A stretch of DNA of 64,000 nt from an uncultured Verrucomicrobiae bacterium (lineage in GTDB: Bacteria > Verrucomicrobiota > Verrucomicrobiia > Opitutales > JABDGR01), in assembly GCA_963765205.1 (NCBI GenBank), contig CAVXVB010000009.1, positions 1,120,001-1,184,000 of the forward strand, read 5' to 3'. Both the position numbers and the translations under genes were made by a program. Shown one piece after another: positions 52,636 to 62,754 of the stretch; the stretch's first letter is position 1, and every line of letters starts with the position of its first letter. The notes below the pieces were generated by a model. The model did no database searches. It was not told the origin of the DNA and saw only the letters and a list, made by a program, of their open reading frames with translations.

Positions 52636-52766
52636 ATGGCAGATGGAAAAAAGGAAAATGGAAAAAATCGCACCCCCCTCACCAATGTCATTTCCAGCCA
52701 CATTTTTAATTTTTCCGCTTCCCTCTTCTTTTTCCATTTTCCATTTTCCATCTTCCATTTTCCATC
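52635..52766. repeat. Inverted heptamer arrays (AATGGAA)n / (TTTTCCA)n between sucC and sucD
   Basis: About 4 degenerate units on the left and about 5 on the right. Confidence 0.7.
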
Positions 52767-52773
52767 CCTACCC

Positions 52774-53648
52774 ATGAGCGTCCTGGTCAATAAAGGCACC
52801 CGCCTGCTGGTGCAAGGCATCACCGGTAAAGCCGGCAGCTTTCACGCACAGCAATGCCTGGAATATGGGACGAACGTTGTCGCGGGCGTCACACCTGGGC
52901 GCGGGGGGCAGAAGTTTTTGGACGGGTGCCGATATTCAACACGGTGCGCGAAGCCGTTGAGCACACGGGCGCAAACGCCTCGATGGTGTTTGTGCCGCCG
53001 GCGTTCGCCGCGGATTCCCTGCTGGAGGCGATGGACGCCGGGTTGCCGCTGATGGTCTGCGTCACGGAAGGCATCCCGGTGCGCGACATGCTGCTGGTCA
53101 AGGATCGCCTGGCGCGCAGCGCCACGCGCCTGATCGGCCCGAATTGCCCCGGCATCATCACGCCTGGCGAATGCAAAATCGGCATCATGCCGGGCTATAT
53201 TCACCGGCCCGGCAAAGTCGGCATTGTTTCGCGCTCCGGCACGTTAACTTACGAAGCCGTCTGGCAAATCACGAAACGCGGCCTGGGGCAAAGCACCTGC
53301 ATCGGCATTGGCGGCGACCCCGTCAACGGCACGAGTCATCTCGACGCCGTGCGTTTGCTCAATGAGGACCCACTCACGGAAGCCATCATTATGATAGGCG
53401 AAATTGGGGGCTCCGCAGAAGAAGAAGCCGCCGCCTATATCAAAGCGGAAGTGCGCAAGCCCGTGGCGGGGTTCATTGCCGGGGCCACCGCCCCGCCCGG
53501 CCGCCGCATGGGCCATGCCGGGGCCATTGTTTCCGGCTCGAGCGGCTCGGCCGCCGCCAAAATCGCGGCCATGCGGGAGGCTGGGATCGCGATGGCGCCC
53601 ACGCCTTCGGACATTGCGGACACGTTGTTAAGTCGTTACCTCCCCTGA
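52774..53648 (+). CDS. sucD: Succinate--CoA ligase alpha subunit; apparent 1-bp deletion near 52924
   Basis: VQGITG and GVTPG in one frame; [15 protein letters not shown] and RMGHAGA in a second frame. Confidence 0.95.
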
Positions 53649-53898
53649 CTGCACCCGTTAGGAATACATTAATGATTGACCCCGTTATACATAGGGATAA
53701 TCATCCATATTAGCAAGGCTATTTGCGGTGCGTTCCGCACCCGTCACAGGCGCTGTCTGCGAGGCACGGAAAAAATTCGAACGAGTGTTGGAAAATTGCT
53801 TGCGCTTTTAATGTAGTGGGCTTATGTTAATCCAGTCGTCTTTATAAATTGACGATAATGGATACCAACCAAGAACAAATCCAGCAACAAAACAAATT

Positions 53899-54105
53899 AT
53901 GGCTAAGAAACGCAAAATTCGCGCGCGTGCCCCCGGCATGACGCAAATCTCCATCAGTCTTCCCGAAGGGCTCGTGGGCAAAATCGATGAGATGGCGGAG
54001 GTGGAAAACCGCAACCGTTCGAACTTCATCGCCACTGTCTTGGAATCCTTGGCGGGCGAACGCGGGGTCAAAGCCGCCGAAGGCTCGAAGAAGTTTGGTG
54101 GTTAA
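53899..54105 (+). CDS. CopG-like ribbon-helix-helix protein
   Basis: TQISISLPEGLVGKIDEMAEVENRNRSNFI. Confidence 0.8.
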   Translation: MAKKRKIRARAPGMTQISISLPEGLVGKIDEMAEVENRNRSNFIATVLESLAGERGVKAAEGSKKFGG

Positions 54106-54244
54106 TTCCCTGGGCTGCCCGCAGACGGGATTCATCGGATATGCTTACCGGCAATTCGTGTGGGGATCCTCCCCAGGAGGATTCTCCGGGGAGTTATCTG
54201 GTGTTTTTATATCGATGGATTTTCGTCGGCGGCTACCGCAATCT

Positions 54245-54280
54245 CAGGCAGGCAGCAGCACGCTGCCTGCCTGTTTTTTT
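54245..54280 (+). terminator. Intrinsic terminator
   Basis: 12-bp stem CAGGCAGGCAGC/GCTGCCTGCCTG, 5-nt loop, then T7. Confidence 0.85.
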
Positions 54281-54286
54281 GTCTAA

Positions 54287-55093
54287 TCAGGGGCCGGTGG
54301 TTTGTCGCGAATTCCACCAACCGTTATTGAGGGAAGGGCCCAGCCAGCCCACGAGATATTGGGCGGCGTCGCCGCCGTAGAGATTGACCCCGCCGAGGCG
54401 CGCGGGCAGTTCGGCGGTGACAGAGCCGTCGCACCACGCGACATGGGTGAAACCCTGGTGGCGGAATTGCACGCTGGGGGTCAAGACGGCGCCCAGTGAA
54501 CCATCGGGATTCACGGCCTGAAAAGGCTCACAAAACGGATATTCCTGGAGGCCGTGGGCGCGAGGCAGGCCAGTGTCGGTGAACATGATGGTGCGCGCGG
54601 GGTTGGTCACATTGGTGATTTTTTCCGGGGTAAAGCGATTGGCGGGGGTGCCCCCGATATACATTTCATTATAACCGAAATCACCCGCACCCGCTTCAAA
54701 GCTTTCGGGGCTGGCCGGATAGCGCTGAAAGAGCGGACACAGCAGCGATGCGCCGCCGTCCCGCAGGTAGGGATAGAGGTAGCCTTGGGCGGGGTCGAAC
54801 CTAGCGTGGATGGTGGCCCGCCCGCCATGCCAGCGAATCAGGTCGTTGGGTTCCTGGGCCGGGCAGAAGGACCCACCGTGGTCGGCGGCGTAATGCAAGT
54901 TCGCCTGGGCCAGCAGGCGCAGGTTGGCTGCGGACTTGGCCGACCAGACCCGCTCGCGCGCCAGCTGCCCCGCCCAAGCGAGCAAGCCGGCCAGCACCAG
55001 CCCAACGAAGAGACCCACCAGCACTTCAAGGACGGTCCAGCAGGGCCGCGGCGACACGGGCCAATGTCCTTCTTCATGCGCTTGGTGGCCCAT
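54287..55093 (-). CDS. Prepilin-type (pseudopilin-like) protein with H-X9-DG C-terminal motif
   Basis: WTVLEVLV hydrophobic helix, NLRLL...YAAD and RHQGFTHVAWCDG. Confidence 0.8.
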   Translation of the reverse strand: MGHQAHEEGHWPVSPRPCWTVLEVLVGLFVGLVLAGLLAWAGQLARERVWSAKSAANLRLLAQANLHYAADHGGSFCPAQEPNDLIRWHGGRATIHARFDPAQGYLYPYLRDGGASLLCPLFQRYPASPESFEAGAGDFGYNEMYIGGTPANRFTPEKITNVTNPARTIMFTDTGLPRAHGLQEYPFCEPFQAVNPDGSLGAVLTPSVQFRHQGFTHVAWCDGSVTAELPARLGGVNLYGGDAAQYLVGWLGPSLNNGWWNSRQTTGP

Positions 55094-55110
55094 AATGTCT
55101 CATCCTAATA

Positions 55111-56632
55111 TCAGTGCGCGAGCCGCTTCCACCCGACCAAGCCGGCGAGGAACGCCAAGGCCAGAACGGAGATGGTTAAGAGCCAGCCGGTAGAAAACCC
55201 GCGAGTGGATTCTGACGGCAATGGCGCCAACACATTTCCTGCCAACGGCATGCGGGAGGGAGACACTGAAGAACTGGCAGAGTCAGTTTCCGCGCCTGAA
55301 CCAGCCACCCGTGAACCAGAAGAGCCTGCGGCTGACCGGGAGGACGCAGCGACATCGGCAGCACCCATCGTGACCGAGCTTCGCGCAGAGGAAGCGGGAG
55401 ACCCACCGGGAGACGCGAGCGGGGCGTCGGTAGTATTGCCGCCATCCACCGCAACGTCGGCGGAGGGCATAGCGGCATCCAAAGATGGAGAGGATAAATC
55501 GGCGGGGGTGACGTTGGCATAGTTCGGCAGGGAAAAGCTCAAACCAGAATAACCATTAACGACGGAAGCAGGCGCGGTCCGCACAGTAATGTGGGCAGGA
55601 TTATTGATCTCCATGCCGGCGGCGGAAACCGACTCATTCGCGCCGCCCAACTGAGCGGAATTAACCGCCACCGGCGGTGTGGTTGAGTTGGCCGCAGACG
55701 GATTGGGCGGAGGTGCGACATTGAGCACCCCTATGGCCTGCACTTCCGGCCCCGGCGAGCCGGAAGTCGGCCAAGGGTCGTAGATCGGATGCCCGTAGGC
55801 GTCGGTCGAATACGCGCCGTTGCCGACCACCGCAACCAAACGCACGAAACGCACATTTTGCAAATCGAGCAGGCCGGCGGCAACGAGCGGGTGCTGGCTA
55901 AGTTCGGCCAAGTCAAACGGCACGCCCCAGGAAACTCCATAACCGTTCACCGCCTTGCCGAAGAGATTGTAGATCAGCGTGGGATTGGACACCATGTAGG
56001 ACCAGGGGTTTTGCAGCGGCTTCGGATTCGTGTCCACAGCGGGGAAGCGCGCGAAATTCACGCCGTCGCTGGAAACTTCGACGTAGGCGAGCTTGGAAAA
56101 TACCTGGTTGGCTTGGCCCCGGACACTAAAGGCGTTGCCAAACACGACAAAATCAGGTCCCGGGCCGTCGGCAATCGGCGTGGCAAAGCCGAGAGTGAGC
56201 GAGCCGGGCGCGGCGTCTTCGGCAATATCGGCGGCGGAAAGGTCGCCAGAGGGAGACCACGCCAAAGACATTCCCCGTCACCGCTCCAAGCGCCGTGGTA
56301 GGATCAAGAAAATCCGCATCAATCACGTCCGGCCGCGCAGGCGCGTAATTGACGACCGACGAGGCCCACTCGACAAACGCGGGATTGACGGTTTGTTCGA
56401 GGTTTTCTCCGCCATAGGGCGCGATGCCCGGGCCCGCCGGGCCGACGAAGCCGGGAATTGGCTCGTCCACAGCCGAACCATTACCCGGATCATAACCAAA
56501 GGCATACGGCCCAGCGGGTAGCGGTGGTGGCCAGTTGGGCGAGATCAATTGTGCGGGCAGAGCGCCGCACTCCCCCAGCGCCCAAACGAGCGCAAGGAAG
56601 AATTTTACCGCCCGGTAATTGCGTGCGTTCAT
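55111..56632 (-). CDS. Secreted/surface protein with Ser/Ala-rich stalk and C-terminal TM anchor; apparent extra base near 56248
   Basis: Signal peptide; VSL(G)D...LTLGFATPIADGPGPDFVVFGN...VEVSSDG; two ORFs join by removing one base. Confidence 0.75.
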
Positions 56633-56647
56633 CAGTTCGGTAAATTG

Positions 56648-57736
56648 CTACTCACATGTATGAACTGCCTGGCGCCGGCGTTGCCACCAAGCCACCGCGC
56701 CGGCCGCCAGCGCCGCCAAGAGCGCGGAAGACGCCGGCTCTGGCACATCTTGCACCGTGTCGTAGCCGTAGACAACTGTGCTGCCGTTCGAGAAATCCGA
56801 CTGCCAGACATAGCTCACGTAACCGGTGCCGTTGGTGGAAAACGTACTGAGCGTGTAGGCGCTGTCGGGATCGGCCGCCGCATCCTCGGGGTCAAACATG
56901 CCGCTGAGTCCACTTGCCGGGTTATACCAAAAAAATCCCGGCGCCCCGTAGCCCGCCGCCCAGATGCGACCCTCGGCATCCACCGCAAGGCTGCCAACCA
57001 CATCTGCGGAAAATGTATAGAGGAGCTGGCCTTGGGCCAACGTTAACACCGTCGAGTGGGCCACGGCGTTGAGCACCTGCGCCGCGGTGAATTCGTAAAC
57101 ACTGTTGTTATCGTTGTCGCCGACATAGAGGCTGCCCCCGCTGTCCACCGCCAGGCCTGCGCTGTATTGCCCGGCCGGGTCCACGACCAATTGCTGAGTG
57201 CCGTTAAGCGTAACATAGCTGATCGCGTTGTTTCCGTTGATGTCGTTCTCGCCGGCGACGTAATAGCTCGATCCACTGGCGGGCGCGGCGGAGAAATTTT
57301 GGATGGTCACGTTGCTGGTGTAATTTGGTGTGGCCGGATTCGAGGGGTTGAACTGGTAAACGGGCGTGTTGACGAACTGCCCCGCGCCGACCACCGCTGT
57401 GGTGCTGTTGAGCACGCTGATGAAACTAGGGTCCACATCCGGCGGCGTGGCAAATTCCGTCAGATTGCTCAATCCGAAGCTGTTCTGCAAATACAGCGTG
57501 TTGTCATTGCCGTAAACCAACTGGCCGTCGGGCAATTGGGAAAAAGCCAGCGCGCCGCCGTGTTCGGCGGACGTGGTCAAGTCCGGTAAATCAAGCGTGA
57601 CCCAGGCATGGGCGGGGCTGGTCAGGCCGAAGGCCAGGCCCAGTCCGGCAAGCGAAAAGCGCCGCAGAATGACGCCGCAGCAGGCAAATCTCTTATTAAA
57701 ATAAATCTGTTTTGAAAAGATAAACATGGGAGGCAT
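56648..57736 (-). CDS. PEP-CTERM surface protein, probable beta-propeller
   Basis: Signal peptide (AHA); repeated GLAVDSGGSLYV-like blades; VPEPASSALLAALAAGAVAWWQRRR. Confidence 0.88.
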   Translation of the reverse strand: MPPMFIFSKQIYFNKRFACCGVILRRFSLAGLGLAFGLTSPAHAWVTLDLPDLTTSAEHGGALAFSQLPDGQLVYGNDNTLYLQNSFGLSNLTEFATPPDVDPSFISVLNSTTAVVGAGQFVNTPVYQFNPSNPATPNYTSNVTIQNFSAAPASGSSYYVAGENDINGNNAISYVTLNGTQQLVVDPAGQYSAGLAVDSGGSLYVGDNDNNSVYEFTAAQVLNAVAHSTVLTLAQGQLLYTFSADVVGSLAVDAEGRIWAAGYGAPGFFWYNPASGLSGMFDPEDAAADPDSAYTLSTFSTNGTGYVSYVWQSDFSNGSTVVYGYDTVQDVPEPASSALLAALAAGAVAWWQRRRQAVHTCE

Positions 57737-57903
57737 GCGGCCCGTGACGCGCGGGCCAGCGCAGACGCTTCCCCGATGTATCCGCCCAGGCGCAAAGCGC
57801 GAAACCCCCGGGCGCAAGCACACCTGAAATAGACGCGCTCCATCCCCGAGTTGATCATCCTCCTTGGCCCGGACGTTTAATCGCGAAAGCATCCGAGGTT
57901 AGC

Positions 57904-58054
57904 ACCCGCCCAACTCGTCTTCTGGCTTCCGGTAAAGGCCGCCTGCGCCTTCCCACCCCGCCTACGGCGGGACAGTGGCTCTGGCAGGCGGCGCGACCGG
58001 TTACAGCGGCGCGACCGCGTCCGATTTGCACGGACTTCCGTTTGCTGGACAGGT
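57904..58054 (-). promoter_or_regulatory. Cobalamin riboswitch
   Basis: Minus strand: AAACGGAAG-TCCGTGCAAATCGGA-CGCGGTCGCGCCGCTGTAA...GCCACTG...GGGAAGG...AAGCCAGAAGAC; P1 ACCTGTCCAGC/GTTGGGCGGGT. Confidence 0.9.
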
Positions 58055-58173
58055 TTGGTGAGCGCGCAACCTCCACGCAGGAGGCCACGCACCATTAAAA
58101 AGAACGCCCAAAATGTGCGCCTTAAATTGATTGGACGCAAACAAAATTCACCACGACCCGCCGGGCGGCTTTA

Positions 58174-59694
58174 TTATTGCGTCGTCGCCGGCGGCGCGCT
58201 GGTTGGGCTGGTCGGCGAGGTTGCCGAGGACGTGGGCGCGGTGGCCGATGCGGCTGGCCCCGGCGGCCCACCGCGGCCCCGGCCTCCCCTACCTCCGGCG
58301 GTGGCGGGGGGCGCTTCCACAGTCTGGCCGTTTACGACCACGTTGCTGAAGGTGAAATTCGCCACTTCTCCGCGCGAAAGCGTGGGGTTCCGAAGCGTGA
58401 CATTGATGTTTTCGAACTTGAAATCAGTGAGGGTGTCGCCGAGGGTTCCCGCCGCGGGGTTGGCCACGTTGCCGCGAATCGAGCCAAAGGAGCCGAAGCT
58501 GCCGGTGATGTTGCGAACCGTGATATGGTCTGCCGTGCGTGCCGGCCCCGGCTGGCCCTGCAGGTCGAAGAATTGCGTCCACGGCGCGACGGTGATGATG
58601 CTGCCGGTGCCACTGAGCTTGACGCCGTCCACAGTGATGTTCGAATAATGTTGGGGCGTGTCGGGGCGCATCTTGAGGTTGAGCATCTTGGCGTTGCCGG
58701 TGATGGTGCAGTTGCGCACGATGACGTTGCGCACGATCGTGTCCTCGCTGCCGCAGGTGAGCAGGCCATTGCCGTCGCCGATGGTGCAGTCCTCGATGGT
58801 GATGTTTTCGTCCGGCAGATCGCCCAGTTTGTCCGCCAGCGGGCCTTTGCTGCCCTTGATCCCGATGTCGTCGTCGTTGTTGGAAATCTGGCATTTCTGG
58901 ACGGTGACGTTCTGGCAGGTGTCAATGTCAATGCCGTCGGTGCTGGGGCTCATGCCGCCGGTGGAGGGGGAAGCGGCGTTGATGTGTAATCCGACGACGT
59001 GGACGTCATGGCAAAGATAGAGGTGCAAATTCCAAAAGCCGGAATCCTGGAAGGAAATGCCCTCGACGCGCACGTCCGAGCAGTGGTCAATGAACATCAG
59101 CCGGGCGCGCTCAACATCGAGGTTCGTCGTGGCGGGGTTGGCGCGGCGCCGCGCATAAAACAACGCCCAGAAGGGCGCGCCATTGCCGTTGAGCTGGCCC
59201 GTCCCGCCGATGCGCACATGGTCCATGTTCGAGACATTGACCAGTGCGAGGCGCCACGGCTCGGAGTGCCCTTCGATGCGTGTCATTTGCTTCGGGTAGT
59301 CCTCGATGTTCGGCGAGCCGAGCAGTTCCGCGCCCTCGTCGAGGTAAAGCTCGACGCCCTTTTTAAGAAAGATCGAGCCGCTCAGGAACGTGCCCTTGGG
59401 GATTTCGAGGATGCCGCCGCCGGCCGCGGTGGCCGTGTCAATCGCCTTTTGAATGAAAGCCGTGTTCATGGTCGTGCCGTCGCCCACCGCGCCGTAGTCG
59501 GTGATGAGGTAATGCTTCAAATTGTCGGGCGTGGCATCGGCCGATTTCGATTCCGCCGATTGGGCGTTGGAGGCCGCGGGCGCGGACGCTTGCGGCGCGG
59601 CCGGAGGCGCGCTTTGCGCCAAAGCCAGCGCAGCCCAGCCAAACGGGAGAATTGAAAAATAAACAAGCACCTTGCGGGAATGCGATAAGGTCAT
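58174..59694 (-). CDS. Glycoside hydrolase family 28 (polygalacturonase-like), secreted
   Basis: DYGAVGDG, FWNLH, STDGIDID, NDDDIGIK and CGSE. Confidence 0.9.
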   Translation of the reverse strand: MTLSHSRKVLVYFSILPFGWAALALAQSAPPAAPQASAPAASNAQSAESKSADATPDNLKHYLITDYGAVGDGTTMNTAFIQKAIDTATAAGGGILEIPKGTFLSGSIFLKKGVELYLDEGAELLGSPNIEDYPKQMTRIEGHSEPWRLALVNVSNMDHVRIGGTGQLNGNGAPFWALFYARRRANPATTNLDVERARLMFIDHCSDVRVEGISFQDSGFWNLHLYLCHDVHVVGLHINAASPSTGGMSPSTDGIDIDTCQNVTVQKCQISNNDDDIGIKGSKGPLADKLGDLPDENITIEDCTIGDGNGLLTCGSEDTIVRNVIVRNCTITGNAKMLNLKMRPDTPQHYSNITVDGVKLSGTGSIITVAPWTQFFDLQGQPGPARTADHITVRNITGSFGSFGSIRGNVANPAAGTLGDTLTDFKFENINVTLRNPTLSRGEVANFTFSNVVVNGQTVEAPPATAGGRGGRGRGGPPGPAASATAPTSSATSPTSPTSAPPATTQ

Positions 59695-60222
59695 GACGGA
59701 GGGGGTAAAAGGGGGTAAACTTTCCTCCTCCATTATCCCATTCGCTCGAAAAGGCAATGGCTTTCGAGAGGCCAAATGGCTGACTTGGAGCAATTGACGC
59801 ATTTTGTGGCGCTGGGCTTTTATAGATGGCAGTATAACAATGTCCCAGCCCGGCAGGGCGAAATAAAATATCTAAAATTGATAGAAATTTGCCTTTTAGG
59901 GTGTAGGGGGTTGGGGAGTTGATTCAAGGAATCTATGGACACTCACGCTTCGGGTTGGGTTCGTGCGGCCCAGACGGATCACCTACGAAATATTTCCAAT
60001 TCGAGACTCTACCCCCCTCCCCACACATACCCCCCCACACACAGACAGACTTGTCTCCCTGCCCCCCTCTCTCCTAACCGGCTTGGTCGCACCCAGTTCG
60101 ACCCAGTCCAACTCAATCCGATCAGAATTGCATGGGGGGCCCATCCAACTTCCGCCTCCACCCTTCGTCCTCATCTCCCTTGTCCTTTCCATCATTTCCA
60201 AGCTTCCCTTCTACCTCCCATC

Positions 60223-60320
60223 TTCTAACTTCTAGCTTCTAACTCCCGATTCTTGACTCTGACTTCTGACTTCTGATTCCTGTATTCTGACTCCTACCTT
60301 CCTCCTTCATCCCTCATCCT
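60223..60320. repeat. Degenerate heptamer tract (TTCTRAC/TCTGACT/TCATCCT)
   Basis: About 14 degenerate units directly before the cobA start. Confidence 0.6.
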
Positions 60321-60324
60321 TCCA

Positions 60325-61854
60325 ATGTCTGCTTCCGTTTACCTCGTTGGCGCCGGCCCGGGCGACCCCGGCCTCGTCACCCTCCGCGCCCGGGAACTCA
60401 TCGCCCGCTGCGATGTGCTCGTCTATGACCGGCTCGTCAACCCCGAGCTGCGCGCCTGGGTCAAGCCTGGTTGCGAATTGGTTTACGTCGGCAAAGACCC
60501 GCACCTGCACGCCATCCCCCAGGATGAAATCGAGGACTTGATCGTCGCCCGCGCGAAAGCCGGCAAAATCATCGTGCGCCTCAAGGGCGGCGACCCGTTT
60601 ATCTTTGGCCGCGGCGGCGAGGAGGCCCAGCGCCTCGCGCACGACGGCGTGGCCTTTGGAATCGTACCCGGCGTCACCGCCGCGCTGGCCGCCGCCGCCT
60701 ACGCCGGCCTCCCCCTCACGCACCGCGACTACGCCTCCTCGCTCTGCTTCCTCACCGGCCACGAAGACCAGGAGAAACACGCCCTGCGCGTGGACCTCAA
60801 AAAATTCGCCAACCTCGGCGGCACGCTCTGCCTCTACATGGCGATGGGCCAGCTCGAACGCATTACCGCCGAGCTGCGCGCCGGCGGTCTCGCCGCCGAT
60901 ACTCCCGCCGCCGTCGTCCAATGGGCCACCACCCCGCGGCAAAAAACCCTTTTTACCTCGGTTGGCGAACTCGTCACAGCGGTGGCGCAGGCGGGCCTCG
61001 GCGCGCCCGCGGTCGTCATTATTGGCGCAGCGGTCGCGGCCACGCACAGCATCAGCTGGTTCGAGGCGCGCCCGCTGTTTGGCCAACGCATCGTCGTGCC
61101 CCGCGCCCGCGAACAAGCCGGCGAACTGCGCCACAAATTCGAGGAGCTGGGCGCCGACGTGCTCGAACTGCCCCTCATCGAAATCCACCCGGACATTGAC
61201 CCCAAGATCGCCGACGACATTTTCGGCGAACTCGCCACCTACGAATGGGGCGTCTTCACCAGCCCGAACGGCGCGCGCTATTTTCTCGAGGAAGTGATGC
61301 GCCGCTGCCGCGACGTGCGCGCGCTCGGGCCCATGAAATTCGCCTGCCTCGGCGCGGCCACGGCTCGTGAAGTCGAAAAACACCACCTCGAAGTCACCCT
61401 CCGCCCCAACGTCGCCACCGCCGACGCGCTCACCGACGCGCTCATCGCACACGACTCGCTGGAAAATCTCCGCGTCCTCGTCGTCACCGGCAGCCGCAAC
61501 CGCGAGACCCTCCCCCACCGCCTCGAAGCCGAAGCGCGCGCCATTGTGGACCTCTTTCAGGTTTACCGCACCGACCTGACAGATTTGTCGCGCGACCCCG
61601 CCGCCGAATCCTTCCGCGCCCACGGGGCCGCCGCCATCGCCTTCACCAGCGCCTCGACCGTCGAGTCCTTCGTCCAACAAACCAAGCATCTCGCCCTCGC
61701 GCCCGGCGCGCGCCGCCCGCTGGCCTGCGCCATCGGCCCGCTCACCGCCGCCGCCCTGCGCAAACACAAAATCCCCGTGGACATCGAGGCCCCCGAACAT
61801 TCGCTGGACGGCCTTACTGAAGCGGTGCGCGCGAAACTTGCCATCAAACCGTAA
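60325..61854 (+). CDS. cobA: Uroporphyrinogen-III C-methyltransferase / uroporphyrinogen-III synthase fusion (CobA-HemD)
   Basis: VGAGPGDPGL, RLKGGDPFIFGRGGEE; HemD motifs FTSPNG, FTSAST and AIGPLTA. Confidence 0.95.
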   Translation: MSASVYLVGAGPGDPGLVTLRARELIARCDVLVYDRLVNPELRAWVKPGCELVYVGKDPHLHAIPQDEIEDLIVARAKAGKIIVRLKGGDPFIFGRGGEEAQRLAHDGVAFGIVPGVTAALAAAAYAGLPLTHRDYASSLCFLTGHEDQEKHALRVDLKKFANLGGTLCLYMAMGQLERITAELRAGGLAADTPAAVVQWATTPRQKTLFTSVGELVTAVAQAGLGAPAVVIIGAAVAATHSISWFEARPLFGQRIVVPRAREQAGELRHKFEELGADVLELPLIEIHPDIDPKIADDIFGELATYEWGVFTSPNGARYFLEEVMRRCRDVRALGPMKFACLGAATAREVEKHHLEVTLRPNVATADALTDALIAHDSLENLRVLVVTGSRNRETLPHRLEAEARAIVDLFQVYRTDLTDLSRDPAAESFRAHGAAAIAFTSASTVESFVQQTKHLALAPGARRPLACAIGPLTAAALRKHKIPVDIEAPEHSLDGLTEAVRAKLAIKP

Positions 61855-62097
61855 CTTTTGCCGATTTCCAAAACCCATTATAGTTGCGCGCCCTCCCGGG
61901 TTGGCCCGGCGCGCATTTCCAGGGCGCACGGGCGGCATTAACTTTGCGCTAATTAGGCTCTTAGGCAGATAAAATATAAAGGATTTTTTTGGATTATTTC
62001 CTCCAATTGGATTATACTCTTTTAACCCCCGCACCCCAGCTTGGGCGCCGCCCTTTTCTTTTGTCGGCCAGCGGCGTCTCCAGACTTATTTTTCATC

Positions 62098-62739
62098 ATG
62101 CGCCCGCGCGTTAAAATTTGCGGCCTCACCCGCCCCGCCGACGCGCGGCTGGCGCGGGAATTGGGGGCCGACTATTTTGGGATCGTCCTCCATGCCGCCT
62201 CCCCGCGGTATGTTCCGGATGCGTCGCTGGATAAGCTGCTGGCCGCCTTTCCCGCCGGCCAGCGGGTCGCCGTCAGTGTCGCGCCCGAACCCGGTCAATT
62301 GAAAAAGCAACGCGCACAAGGCTTCGACTTTTTCCAGGTGCATTACGACCCCGGCGAAGTCGGGGACGCCGCACTCATGGGCTGGCTGGACGAAGTGGGC
62401 GTGGAGCGCCTTTGGCTCGCGCCGCGCTTGCCGCCAGGCGAGGACTTTCCCGCCGCCGCCCTCGCCGCCGCGCAAACTCTGCTGCTCGATACTTATCAAA
62501 AAGGCACCTATGGCGGTTCCGGCCGCACGGGTGACTGGTCGCATTTCCGCGCCCTGTCGGAAAGCCACCCCACGCACCACTGGGTGCTCTCCGGCGGCTT
62601 GCGCCCGGAAAACATTCGCGCCGCCCTGCGTTCCTCCGGCGCGAGGACCATTGATGTCAACAGCGGCGTCGAAAGCGCCCCCGGCGTCAAGGACGCCATC
62701 CTACTGGACTTGCTCTTCGCCAATTTGGCGGAGGATTAA
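62098..62739 (+). CDS. trpF: Phosphoribosylanthranilate isomerase
   Basis: VKICGLT, GGSGRTGDW, LSGGL and DVNSGVESAPGVKD. Confidence 0.95.
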   Translation: MRPRVKICGLTRPADARLARELGADYFGIVLHAASPRYVPDASLDKLLAAFPAGQRVAVSVAPEPGQLKKQRAQGFDFFQVHYDPGEVGDAALMGWLDEVGVERLWLAPRLPPGEDFPAAALAAAQTLLLDTYQKGTYGGSGRTGDWSHFRALSESHPTHHWVLSGGLRPENIRAALRSSGARTIDVNSGVESAPGVKDAILLDLLFANLAED

Positions 62740-62754
62740 TCCCTGACCAGTTGA

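Noticed and set aside
43386..53648. ribD and sucD (also ACP, uxaE) as pseudogenes
   Set aside because: Each has a single indel with otherwise intact motifs; sequencing error is more parsimonious.
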